A DNA stretch of 64,000 bases. Source: Naegleria gruberi. Lineage: Eukaryota. Below are positions 12,801-25,948 of this stretch, piece after piece. Made by a program: the position numbers and the translations under genes. The DNA lies in NCBI GenBank assembly GCA_000004985.1, contig GG738885.1; one strand, written 5' to 3'. The notes below the pieces were generated by a model. It did no database searches and was not told the origin of the DNA. It worked only from the letters and a program-made list of their open reading frames with translations. Positions within the stretch are counted from its first letter, which is position 1. Every line of letters begins with the position of its first letter.

Positions 12801-15800
12801 CATTCTTTTGGATATACGAAACTTTCAATTGAATGGAGTGGTCAACTAATTCTTCTAAACCTGCTGCATTAATGATAATTGCACTTTGCTCATTCTTATT
12901 CACAACTTGAATGCTGCTGGACGCTGAGGTCACGGTAGTGGTTGTGGTAATTTGAGAAGTTGTGGTCGATTGCAATGTTGAGGTTTCACTTTGTGAAATT
13001 CCAGTTTCGTCAACTTTCCATTCAGTTTTTACAGAAATGGTAGTATCTGTCAAATCTTGTGAAGATTTTTGAACTTCAATTGAAATCTTATCATTACTAT
13101 TGACAACTTTTGTTGCTACTGGCGAAATTCCAATAATACTAAGAATTGGAGGAGGATGAACAATATTCAAAGTAATGGAACATGAAGCCTTTCTTTCTCC
13201 TTTTGTAATTGTTAAAGTCAACTTTGGTTTTGTAAGAGTTAGAATTGAAAAGTCAGTATAGTTTGCATTTACTACAGCAGCACGATTCTTAGAGTAGAGA
13301 GCTAACTTATCTGTAATACCATCACCACAATAACCATCTGTTTCAGAATTAATACACGACCATTGCCATAACTCAGTTTCGTCTGTGTTGTTTTCTGGAT
13401 CTTGATAATTGACTTGAATTGTTGATGAATAATTAGTCACACTCTTCAATGAAAGATAAAGTGAGAGTTCAGGTTGTTCAGTGTTAATTATCACATAATC
13501 ACTTGATGATAAACTTGAATTTTGTGCAGCTGTAATAGTAATCTTGAAAACGAATTTCCACTTTCCCTTTATGAAACTGTCAATGATCAAATTATTGTAA
13601 GCGTCCTTCTTGAAAGAAAGGGATGGACCTTCAAGTTGTTCCCACTCAATGCTCACAGATGAACCACTTATATAATCTGGAATGGTTGTTGTCTTTTTCA
13701 CAAGTACCAACTTTTCAGTTGACTTGTAAGTTGTTTCCTTATTTCCTGATACAGACACTGAAGGAACGGCATATCCCTGAATTTGGAAACTGAAACTTTC
13801 TTTTGAACTCACTTCATTAGTAACCTTACTTCTCACAATTAATAAAACCTTATAAACTCCAGGAAGTAAATAACCCTTATCAATCTTAATAGATGGTAAC
13901 TTGTTTGCTTGAACCTTGTTTTTAACAATTGCTGGAATGTTATTTCCTTGAATATCCCAAGTATAATCCAATTCCTTCTTATCTCCAGAATAACTGTTAG
14001 TACCACTAAATGCCAAATCCTCGGTTGTGGAATAAACTTTCTTTGTGGATTTAACTTTGGCTACTGGAGGTATTACAGTCTTGGAAAGAATAAAGAAAAC
14101 GGATATGTAATATTCATTGAGAATGGTTGTAGTCGTTGAGAAAATGTAACTATTCAATCTGAAACTGTTACTGCCAGATGACAAATCAAAATCATTATCG
14201 AAATCAAATTGAATGGTAAAGATACCATTTGCCTTATCGGTCCAGAAACATTTAGGTTCTGATCCAAATAATGAAAAATCATCTGGATGAATAAGTTTCG
14301 AACATGTGACCGTATTTGCAGTATAAGTAGACGGAGCAATCAACTTGAATGTAATTGCGTCATAGTAATCAGAAACCTGAGCATAAATATTATCAACTAG
14401 AGTTGAATTGTAAGAACCAACATAGGTCAAACACTTAGTTCCATAATAATTATTTCTACAATAGGCGCATGAAGTTCCATTCCAGTAACCATTGGAGGTA
14501 TCTACATAACATGAACACTTGCCAGCACTTGTGCAACTCCCATGACTATTACAAAATGTTTTAGGATTACAATAAATATCACAATTAGATCCGTATTGAT
14601 AGGTTTTACAACTTTCACAAAGTAGTCCAGTAAAGTTTCCAACACAATTACAAATATTATTGACACATGTTCCTCCATGTAAACAGGTGGAATTGTTGCA
14701 ATATCTTGTCAAACAATTTGCACCAGAGTATGCAGGATGACATGAGCTACATGTTGATCCAGAATAGAAACCTTTAGTGCTATTACTATAACATGAACAA
14801 CTGTTAATTCCAGTGCAAGAACCATGTCCAGAACAAACATTTGTATCATTGTTGGCTAATCCATAACAATTGAATGCTCCACAGTATGTTCCGTAATATC
14901 CTGAATTACATTGACATTTACCTTCAAGAGTTGTTGCATTAATTACACACTTTCCGTGATTTGAACAAGCTCTATAATCAGTGGTAGCGAAATAATCTTC
15001 AACACCATTGTAAACTCCTCTGCAAAGTAAGTTTTCACATGTACTTCCTGTAATCTTGACATTGGTGTTATTAAATACATAACATTGACATTTGTCAACA
15101 TCAACACAAACACCTCTTCCTGAGCAAACATTTGGATCCAAAGATGTTTTACCAAAGCATGTTTTAACTTGACAATCTTTACCTCCATATCCATAAGAGC
15201 ATTGACAATGACCATCTTCAAAACATTTTCCTTTTCCACTGCAAACAGTTGGATTATCTTGTCTCTTTCCATTGCAACTTGTAACATTACATTTAGATCC
15301 AAAGAATCCATTTGAGCATTTACATAAATCATTTCCAATACATTCACCTTTTCCTGAACAAACAACTGTATCCTCAAGGCTTGAAATACCAAAACATGTG
15401 TATTCTTCCATTTCTACTACTTCTTCAATTATGGTTGTTACATTTCTAACAACTACAAGATTTGAAATTTGGAGTTGATTAAAAATACAATTACACTTGA
15501 CACTTGAAGTTGATTCATCATATTCTGCAGTACAATTGTGTGATTCGAGTGACATATTTCCTGTGTTTACACCCATACATGAATAAGAAGAAGAGAATTC
15601 AATGAAATCTCCAGAGTCAACCAACATTTCAATTGACACATTTTGAGAACTCATCAATTGGTTTGCTACTGAACTTTCTGATGTTTCCATGATTGAGAAT
15701 GATGTAATGACAGGAGAAGCAATTTGTAATGTGGTGGTGTTTGTAATATTTGTAAGAATTTGTTGCAAAATAGTTGAAGAATATTCCTCAACAACCATAG

Positions 15801-18800
15801 AGTAAGTTATTTCAACATATTCCGTTTCCATAGTTATAAATGATGGAAGGCTGATATTCACAAGAATAGTTTTGTTTACACTTTCCATTTCTGTGGTTAT
15901 GGATGAAATGACAGAGTCTGAGAGATCGGTAAAATAAATCTTGTCAACTTGGATAGATAAAGAAGAAGTTTGTAAAACAATTGGATCAGCACTCACTGTT
16001 TGCTCCTTAACAATTGAATAAGCTAGGTTTTCAGTCACATTAACCAATTGATCATAAATATTGAGTTGTTCAAGGGTTGATGTAATATTTTCAACACTAC
16101 TTTGCAAATTCTCAACAATTGACATTACAGTTTGACTTGTTTCAGTTGAAATTTGAAGATTACTCTTCACTGCTTGATCAACTACTTCATTCAAAATAGA
16201 AATTGATTTATCAGTAACTACTGGAACAATAATTTCATCGCTCTTAATCACAGAATAAACAGCATAAACAACCATTGATGAAGTTGACTCAATTGAGGTT
16301 TCCACTCTTGTAGTTTCCACAGCACTTGCAAGTGTACTAAGAAGTTGAGTTTGAATTTTAGTAATTGTTTCAGAATCTTGATGTTGAACTTGTGGTAAAC
16401 TTTGCAACAATTGACTTGTTGAAACGATTGTATTAACAGTTTGTGAAATACTTTCAATTGGATTACCATCTTGAATGATAGCTGAAATGATTTCGGTTGT
16501 TTGATTGGAGACCTGTTGCCAAATCTCTTCGGTTGTGTTTACCACAACTGTTGTCACTGTTATATTTGTATACATGGTTCTTGATTCTCCAGATTCTGTA
16601 TCAGTCAATTCAACAAACCATTTAACAGGTGCAGCTTGTGGAGTATTTGAACTAGAGGATACCACAGCAGGGATTTTAACAGTATCCTCCTCTGAGATTG
16701 GTACTTGAATTTTGATTCCAGTTTCACTATCCACATATCCTTGGGTGATTTCGATGGTATTTTGTTCATTTTGACAATTGACACATGAAACTTTGAATTC
16801 TGTTTCCATAGAAACACCATTAGAAGGTGTAATGCTACATGGACATTTTTGTGGTTGAGTTGCCTTTGTAATTGTTGTTGAACTTTCGGTAGAAGCAATT
16901 TCAATTTCTTCTGGAATACCATTAACAATATTAGATTCATTAGTTTGAACATACGAAACTTTCAATGCAATAGTTTTTTCAGTTCCTTCATCAAACTCCC
17001 TGGCATCAATAATAATAGCGCTTTGTGTATTCTTACTAACAACTTGAACATAACTTGAAGTTGATAACATTGTTGTGGTTGTTGAAAAAGAATCTGTTGA
17101 TTCTATTCTTGTAGTTTCACTCTCAGAAACAATGGAAGTGTCAATCTTCCATTCAGTTTTAATAGAAAGTGATGAATCTGATAAATCCTGTTTTGAGTGA
17201 GAGACTTCAATGGAAAACTTCTCATCACTATTGACAACAGATTTAAAGTCTGGAGAAATGTCAATAATATTGAGAATTGGAGGTAAATGAACAATATTCA
17301 AAGTAATGGAACATGAAGCCTTTCTTTCTCCTTTTCTAATGCTTAGAGTAAAAGTTGGTTTCTGTAAAGTTGATAAGGAAAAGTCAGATTTGTCAACTAT
17401 GAAGAGAGTTGAATGGTTCTTGGAATGGAAAGACATTTTGTCTACAACACCATCTCCACAATAACCATCTGTTTCAGAATTAATACACGACCATTGCCAT
17501 AATTCAGTTTCGTCTGTGTTGTTTTCTGGATCTTGATAATTGACTTGAATTGTTGATGAATAATTAGTCACACTCTTCAATGAAAGATAAAGTGAGAGTT
17601 CAGGTTGTTCAGTGTTAATTATCACATAATCACTTGATGATAAACTTGAATTTTTTTCTGGAGTAATTGAAATTTTGAAAACATATTTAAAAGCTCCCTT
17701 AGTGAAACTTTCAATAATCAAATTATTGTAAATATCCTTCTTAAAATCAACATTCGGACCTTCAATTTGTTGCCATTCAATATTCATAGTTTCATTCTTC
17801 AAATAATCTGGAATTGTAGTTGTCTTTTTGATATGAACCGGCTTTTCAGTTGACTTTTGCCTAATTTTCTTACTTCCGTAAATACTAACTGAAGGAACTT
17901 GATATTCTAGAATTTGTAATGTGAAAATATTAATCAAACTCACTTCACTAGTTACTGTACTTCTCACAACTAGTGTCAACTTATAAATTCCCAATTTTAG
18001 CAAACCCTTATCAATCTTAATGGTTGCTTGCTTGTTGGATTTTATGAAATTTTCAACAGTAGAATTGATAGAGTTTCCCTCAATGCTCCAAGTATAATCC
18101 AGTTCTTTCCTATCTCCAGAGAAGGAGTCTGATCCACTAAATATCATATCTTCTGTTTCACTATAAATTCTTTTTGATGACTTCACATCAGCAACTGGAC
18201 TTTTTACAGTATTTGGAGGCATTAAATAAATAATAGTGTCATCTACGATGGTTCTTGTAGAAAAAGCTCCAAGTTTGTTCAATCTTCTTGTAAGTGTAGT
18301 AAATAGATTTCTGTTCACTCTAAAATGGTTTCCTATGACTGACGAAGAGTTTAGAGTAAAATCATAATCGAATTGAATCTTGAAATCACCATTTTCCTTA
18401 TCAATCCAGAAACATTTAGGTTCTGTGCCGAATAATGGTTGATCATCGATGTAAATGAGTTTTGAACATGGAACAGTGTTTGGTAAATAGGAAGGTGGAG
18501 CAAATAGCTTAAATATCACACCATCAAAGAAATCAGTAACTTGAGAATAAATTTCATTGACATAGGTAGAGTTGAATGATTCAAAATGGGCAAAACAATC
18601 GCTTCCAAAGTAACCATTTTGGCATGAGCTGCATGAGCTACCATTCCAGTAACCATTCTTGGTATCTGAGAAACAAATACATTGGCCATCGGATCCACAT
18701 TGGCCATGTCCATTACATGTTGATTGACTATTACAATAGACATTACATTGTGATCCATAACTATTGGATTTACAAGTTTCACAAATCAATCCAGTAAAGT

Positions 18801-21800
18801 TTCCAATACAATCACAACTATTATCAGTTCCACAAGACCCACCATTCATACAAGTTGAACCAGTACATGTTTTAACATTACAATTTGCACCAGTATATGC
18901 AGGATGGCAAGTGTTACAATCAGATCCAGAATAGAAACCATTAGTACTATCACTATAACATGAGCAGGTGTTAATTCCAACACAATCACCATGTCCTGAG
19001 CAAACATGTGAGTTATTCTTGGCAATTGAGTTGCAATTAAACATTTCACACTTGTCTCCGTAATATCCCGCAGCACAGGAACATCCTCCTGTTGAACAGT
19101 TACCGTGCTTTGAGCAAACTCTAAAATCATTGCTTGAATAAAAATCTTCAACGCCATTGTAAACTCCTTTGCAAAGTAAGTTTTCACATTCATCACCAGT
19201 AATCTTTACACTGATGCCATTTGATGAAAAACATTGACACGTGTCAATATCAACACAAACACCTCTTCCTGAGCAAACATTTGGATCCAAAGATGTTTTA
19301 CCAAAGCATGTTTTAACTTGACAATCTTGACCTCCATATCCATAAGAGCATTGACAATGTCCATCTTCAAAACATTTTCCCTTTCCACTGCAAACAGTTG
19401 GATTATCTTGTCTCTTTCCATTGCAACTTGTAACATTACATTTAGATCCAAAGAATCCATTTGAGCATTTACATAAATCATTTCCAATACATTCACCTTT
19501 TCCTGAACAAACTACTGTATCCTCAAGGCTTGAAATTCCAAAGCATTCATAAGTTTGGACTATAACAGCAGTATTCAATGAACAGTCTGCTCCAAAGTAT
19601 CCAGCTGTACAATTACAATTATTTAATGAAGGACAATCACCATGTCCACTACAGACCTGTGATGAATTATATTGAACTCCAGCACATGTGTGGAATTCAC
19701 ATTCAATTCCAAAATATCCGGCATTACATGTACATTTATCCACTTGAGAGCAATTACCACGATTTAAACAAGCGCCATTTAGACCTTTTCCAAAACAAAT
19801 TGGTGATGAACAATCTGCACCTGCCCAATTTTGATTACATGTACAATTGTTTGGAGAGTTACATTGACCATGTGAGGAACAAACTAGTGATGAGTTTGAA
19901 AGAATATTGAAACATTTAGGGAGAGCACACCAATCTCCTCCATACATAGCGTTGCATTGGCAAATACCACCCACACAAGTACCATTAGATGAACATACTG
20001 ATGGGTCATCCTTTGAAATGCCATTACATTTGAGTAGTTGACATTGGTTTCCTTCATAATTAGGAGAACAGGAACATGTATCAACACCAGAACATACCCC
20101 CCAGAACAAACTGATGTTTCGTTTGACAAAATTCCAAAACAGTTTGGATATTGACATTGTGAGCCTCCAAAGTTTGAGTTACATTGACATGAATCCAATC
20201 CAACACATGAACCATGGGAATTGCAAACAGATGAATTGTTTTGTAAAGTTCCATAACAAGTTGTAATTGAACAATTAGATCCATAATAATTTGAAGAGCA
20301 AGTACAAGAGTTGTAATCAACACATGAACCATGCTCAGAACAAACTGATGTTTCGTTTGACAAAATTCCAAAACAATATGGATATTGACATTGTGAGCCT
20401 CCATAGTTTGAGTTACATTGACAGGAGTCCAATCCAACACATGAACCATGGGAATTGCAAACAGATGAATAGTTTTGTAAAGTTCCATAACAAGTTGTAA
20501 TTGAACAATTAGATCCATAATAATTTGAAGAGCATGAGCACGAATTATAATCCATACAAGTACCATGTCCTGAACAAACACTAGAATTGGTTTTTGCTAC
20601 ATAGTAACAATCAAAAATTTCACAGTTAAATCCATAGTAATTTAAGGAGCATGAACAAGTATTAAATGTTGAACATGCACCATGTCCTGAACAAACCTGA
20701 CTTGAATTAGAATAGACTCCATTACATGTTGTTACTGAGCAATTGGCTCCATAATAATTCGATGAGCAGCTACAGGAATTATATGCTGTGCAAGTGCCCT
20801 GATTAGAACAACCAGTAGTAACAGAGTTTGAATATCCATTACATGTCCAAGAAGAACAATTTGAATTAGAATAACCAGTTGCACAGGTGCATGTGTTAAT
20901 GGCTGTGCAGGTACCATGGGAATTGCAAACTGAAATGTCATCAGATCTTTTGGAGTAACAATAGGGTAGATTACAATAACTTCCACCATAATTTGCATCA
21001 CACGTCATGTAAATTTTTCTGAGTTCATCACTTTCTGCAATTAACATCAAGTTGTTATCGCTGGCAAAAGTCAAACCTACAAGTGTATTGAACTTGGTAT
21101 TAGCCAGAGTTTCTCCATCATTATATGTTCCAGCACTATTACCAGCATATGACGTTATTGTACCAGTGTTAGCATTGGCAGTTGCAGGTGTGAAAAGTTT
21201 AAGAGCACCACTCTCAGTGTAGTATACATTACCGTTGTCGTTTACATAAAAGTCTTTGATGGTTACAGAAGAGGTCTTAATTAAGTTAGTTTAACTAGTT
21301 CAATAAAACTTACAGTAAAACGTGTTGCGACTGTTGAAGCAGTGAAAACTTTGAGATAAAACGTTGAACCGATTTGTTGAAAGTAATATATCTTTCCATC
21401 TGACGGTCTTATTGTAAAAGAAACTAAAAGAATTAAATGAAAAGAGAATATCAGATAACTTACATAGTGTTGCAATATTTGCTGATGATGATGCACCATC
21501 AGAAGTGGAGGCACCCCCTCCCAAAACAACTACAATCTTTCCAGTTGATGAGCTGATTTTGTAAATATAGTTGTCTGATGCAAAATAGATCTCACCATTG
21601 TAATATTGTAAATTTTTGGCATTCTAGAATAAAATTGGATATTCATTTCAAAGCAATAGAGAAAAAATACTTACAGTAATAGTACAAGCAGTTGGAGTGT
21701 TTCCATTAACACAATCTGATCCAGAAGCTGCGCCAGCTACTATTGTAACTAAACCCGTGCTCTTTGACAGTAATTTGAGAAAAAATCCAGGTGAATAATT

Positions 21801-23304
21801 ATCGACTATTATCAATTAATTTTGCATGAAAATTCGTATAATACTTACTCATATAGATATCTCCTGTTGGAGTGCATGTCATAGATAGAATGTTAGAATA
21901 TCTAGCAGTCACGTAAGAACCTCCAATATTGTCAGATCCACTTGGGGCTTTGTTGTTATATGGAAGATAAAAATATCCTGCATAATGCTTAATTGTTGAA
22001 CTTGTTAAATTGTAAAACTTAATACTGTTTGTGTCAGCCAAATAAAATCCATCACTGTATAAAGCAATTGCGCTTGGAACCAATTGAAGAGTTTTGGCAT
22101 TTCTTTCATTTAATACATTTCTATAATGTAAAAATGATGACAACGTAGTTCCAACAAGTTTCCTAATGTTGTAATTATTTTCAGCAAAGTAAAGATCACC
22201 ATTAGTCGGATTAATAGTAAAGTATTCAATGTAACCAATTATTGAGGATGATGTAACGGTTCCATCTGCTGACTCACCTCTATATCCGTTACCCAAAACC
22301 TGCTGCACAATTCCACCAGTTGTTAGCTTTCTAATGCTATAATCATATGCATTCCAATAAAGCTCATTATTATAACAATCCATCTTGGTCACAAAGTTGG
22401 TTCCATCCATTAGATAGGAAGTTCCAGAAATACCTGTACTTTTTGAAGAACCACCTCCAACCGCAGTGTTAGCATAAACTGTTCCACCACTTTCCGTCAA
22501 TTTTTGAATATAGAAATTAACGTTATCATTTACATAAGCATATAGGCCTCCATTACAATATTTAATTTGATTTGTATAACCCAATAAACCAGATTTGTAA
22601 ACACTAGCTACATTGGTATTTCCATCAATTTTTCTAATAAGCCAATTGGCTTTTCCAATGTCAAGTAACTCAAAGAATTAACACTTACAATAATCTGCAA
22701 AATAAATATTATCTGAAGGATCTACAGTTATTGATAAAGAAGAACCACTTTGAACCAAGAGAGGATTTGTAACAGTATTGTCAGAGTTTCCATATCCTGC
22801 ACTAAAAATTACCGAAACTTGATTAGTGGATGAATCCAATTTTCTAATTCTCATATTTGCATCAATCCAAATTAAGTGTGTTTTCCATCGTGTTAAGCTT
22901 TTTGGAGTATGGGTTTGAGTGGTTGTGGGATCAGTTGTGTATGTTGTTCCAGGTGTTCCACTTCCAACCTTTACATAAAATTAACCATTAAAAACTTCTA
23001 GAAAACCTACAACTGTTGAAATAATACCCGATGAAAGAGTAATCTTTCTAATTTTTGCTGTCTCGGTCGTGTACAATACTCCAGCCGTAGCATCTAAATA
23101 AATATTTCCAGGATTTATGTAAATACTTGAGATTGCTACATTGTTCAAATCACTTGACATTCCTCCAATTACCATAGATTTGTAGGTTCCTGTACATTCC
23201 ACATACGCATTATTACTAATATTCAAAATAATTATCAAAACACTAAGCAATAAGGCTATGCATGTGATTTCATTCTTTGGTGCTGTTGAATAAAAGCACC
23301 ACAT
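6856..23304 (-). CDS. Giant (~5,400 aa) secreted, single-pass membrane protein. Architecture: signal peptide; beta-propeller-like blades (LYFA[DE]..IRK[LI] motif); long arrays of tenascin-type EGF repeats (CSGHG.C...C.C..GY.G..C); three tandem ~1,385-aa super-repeats each ending in a GPS-like C.C..L motif; Ser/Thr-rich mucin-like segments; TM helix at ~7060-7140; short Cys/Arg-rich cytoplasmic tail.
   Basis: The 13.3-kb uninterrupted ORF 6856..20157 continues upstream as ORF 19884..21074 after a 1-nt frame change in a C6 run at ~20097-20102. Further upstream are six GTAAGT..AG introns of 38-51 nt, at 21276-21313, 21424-21463, 21624-21674, 21806-21848, 22650-22688 and 22969-23009. The start ATG is at 23304-23302, followed by a hydrophobic signal peptide (MWCFYSTAPKNEITCIALLLSVLIIILNIS). 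The stop is at 6856. Removing the 22650-22688 intron regenerates the blade consensus IYFADYSNWLIRKIDG. Confidence 0.75.
7100..19570. repeat. Three tandem ~4,155-bp intragenic repeat units (roughly 19570-15411, 15410-11256 and 11255-7100)
   Basis: The protein motif CFGISSLE[DT].VVCSG.GECIGNDLCKCSNGFFG.KCN.TSCNGKRQD.PTVCSGKGKC recurs at aa ~196, ~1583 and ~2968. Antisense pseudo-ORFs (MVNVLEMIYVNAQMDSLD..) recur at 11180, ~15330 and 19496, about 4.15 kb apart. Units 2 and 3 are more similar to each other than to unit 1. Confidence 0.8.
21276..23009 (-). other. Cluster of six very short spliceosomal introns in the 5' part of the giant gene
   Basis: Each starts GTAAGT (one GTAGGT) and ends in an A/T-rich AG on the minus strand; lengths are 38, 40, 51, 43, 39 and 41 nt. 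Splicing restores continuous propeller-blade reading frames. Confidence 0.65.
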
Positions 23305-24752
23305 GTTGTGTTATTTTTTTGTTAGAGAGGAACCTCACTGGTATTATGTTTGGTTGATCTGTAAACTGACCGAACAATTGTTGTTGACATTCTTGCTAAC
23401 AAGCTCCTTTTAAAAAGTTTTTTCCTCTTCAAATCATTCCGTAGTGATTGTAACACAACTATTTTACAGAACAGTGTTGATACCGTAAACAAGGACCTAC
23501 TACCAAAAAGTAAGCGAGAAAATGAATAAGGTAATAAATAAGGGTCAATGTTCTTTCAAGCAAACAGTTTTCAGGTTTTGGAATAGTTCTGCTGATGATA
23601 TGTACAGTCCAATTCCTCAATTCCGCTACTAAAAAGAAGCCACTATTGCTGCACGCGGCGAAATGTAAACCCTCTGTGTGGGTGCGATACATCTCAAATT
23701 ATTGTGGGGTTGGCTTCTAGACTCGGAGATGAATCCACTTTTTGTTGCGTTCTTTGTTGTTGTGGTCTATTAATGAATTAAATATTCCCACACAAGAAAA
23801 TCAACTTGTGTGATCCTTTACATGATGAGTTCAACTTGGAATATTTTTTAAAATTATGCTGTTTGTACCTTTTCATGAATCACTCAAAACAACATGCATG
23901 AAAAAATATTCAACATTCTTCAACTCTGTGGACATGATGATTTTCAGAGTGGTTTCACATGATGAAACTCCAACAATTTTACCATGTCATCTCAACATTA
24001 TCTATATAGTAGTAATAGTAGTAATTTTTATTGGTGGATTATCATCATGAAATTGGAAGTTATTTTTCATCAATGGAAAATCACAAGTTGGTGCTCCTTC
24101 ATCCGATCATTCATCAACCATCAGCAGTATTGTTTTCTATCAATACAATAATAGTATTTGTGGAAATTAATTTTTAGTAATTTAAATTTGGTGAAAGCTC
24201 AGAATTTTCACTAAATTCATCATCACTGCGGAATCTACTGGACAAGTTGGAAAACTGTCAATGTAGTATTGTTCGGAATGGTCAATAGTAGGTAGGAGAA
24301 CTTTCTCTTATCAATTTTGGTCAAGTTATGATAGGGATAGGTACATGTGAATTTTTAAAAGTACATGGACCATAACTCAACATGTACTTCACCAACTTGA
24401 ATCATGTCTTTAGTACTACTATTTAAATAGATGATACACATCATATTTATTATCAGATTTTCATCATGTTGTCAATTTACCAAGTTCCGATATTTGATGC
24501 TACCATAGTTGATTCATGGCCCGATTACAAATCAAACGACAATAACACAACAATTCATATTGTCTATCATATTATTAAATGTATAATTTCTAGTCTTGTA
24601 TCATAATTTGTGAAAATCATGGATATCTGATATTTTAGTGATGTGATGGAAATTGTTGACTCTAAAACATTACGAGAACATATCATTCTCGCTACACTGT
24701 TTCAACATTGATTCCTTCCATAATTTTCACTATTGGATATTTTACTTTTCTA

Positions 24753-25898
24753 TTAATCATTCTTTTGATACATGACAGCATATTCATTTTGTTTGACAGC
24801 TTCCCCAACAACCTCAGAATCATTTTCCAATGTTTTAGAGGCAAACCGAATTGCAAGACCTTGCTGTCTAACAGCACAAAGTACAACTTCTCTATCATTG
24901 GTCAAATTATAACTGGCATACTGGAGTGAAAGTCCATTTTGATTAACAGCAGTCAGCACAACCTCTCTATCTTCTAGAAATCTAATTCCAGCTCCATAAA
25001 GCGATTTTCCATTCACCTTAACAGCTTCTATCACAAAATCTCTATCGAGTCTTAGCTGTTGAGCAAACGATAATGCTGTACCATAGTTTCTGATTGCCTC
25101 TAACACAATCTCTCTATCATTTTTCAACTCGTTACTAGCCAGGCCCAGATAAGCTCCATTAATTTGTACTATTTTCAGTATAAATTCTCTATTGTTCCTC
25201 AATGATTCAGTGGCATAATGCAATGCTGTTTCATTTCTAGATTTTTCGTGTTGGTTATTGTCAATTTGGCAGGCCATCAACACAAGCTCAGCATCTCCTC
25301 TTAGATTAGTTGATAAATATTCTAGTGCTCTTCCTCCCGTTTTTCGAATAGACAATTCTGCTATTTCTCTATCATTTCTCAATTCTTCACTAGCAAACTT
25401 CAATGCCTCACTGTTGCCATAAGTGAGAGCACATTTTAATATTTCTTTATCATTTTTCAATTCATCCGAAATGTTTGCATATGTATCAGGATAATATTCC
25501 ATTAATTTCTTTACAAAATATCTATCATTCCACAATCCTAACAAATCGGCATAAACTGATGGATTTTTAGCTTCTTCCAATATAGAATCTAATATAAATC
25601 TCTTATCTTTCACAATGTCTGGCATTGAAACTGCAAAGAAATAATCAAAATTAACTCCATGCTCATTTTCAAATATTTCCATAACTTGTTTTCCTTCAGA
25701 GATAATTTCTTCATCATCATATTCCTCATCAAAATCTTCATCTTCCGAATCATCATCCTCCTGAGCCAAATATAATTTTACAAGATTTTCCAAAGTTTCC
25801 CAAATGTAGAGTTGTTTATCTTTAATGTCTCTCATCTTGTTCATGAGAAAATGTGAAAGTTGGTGATTGTACTGATCTAGAACAATGATTGTTGCCAT
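24753..25898 (-). CDS. DUF4116-repeat protein with an acidic N-terminal region
   Basis: Intronless 381-aa ORF with tandem ~30-aa repeats (..L.NDREVVL.AV.QNG.AL.YAS..L..D.E.V..AV..N) typical of DUF4116. Confidence 0.6.
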   Translation of the reverse strand: MATIIVLDQYNHQLSHFLMNKMRDIKDKQLYIWETLENLVKLYLAQEDDDSEDEDFDEEYDDEEIISEGKQVMEIFENEHGVNFDYFFAVSMPDIVKDKRFILDSILEEAKNPSVYADLLGLWNDRYFVKKLMEYYPDTYANISDELKNDKEILKCALTYGNSEALKFASEELRNDREIAELSIRKTGGRALEYLSTNLRGDAELVLMACQIDNNQHEKSRNETALHYATESLRNNREFILKIVQINGAYLGLASNELKNDREIVLEAIRNYGTALSFAQQLRLDRDFVIEAVKVNGKSLYGAGIRFLEDREVVLTAVNQNGLSLQYASYNLTNDREVVLCAVRQQGLAIRFASKTLENDSEVVGEAVKQNEYAVMYQKND

Positions 25899-25948
25899 TT
25901 TTTTTAATTTTCGTATTTAATTTTCGAATGTTGTACAATCTTGAAGAA

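Noticed and set aside
8445-20581. Dozens of 60-166-aa ORFs inside and antisense to the giant gene (e.g. 10932..11180, 14943..15392, 19206..19496, 20081..20581, 16605..16952)
   Set aside because: They sit antisense or out of frame to a 13-kb coding ORF. Their recurrence every ~4.15 kb simply mirrors the gene's internal tandem repeats.
23459-24050. Small ORFs 23459..23692 (-) and 23856..24050 (+)
   Set aside because: Located in the promoter/5' flank of the giant gene; AT-rich, no domain, no conservation within the window.
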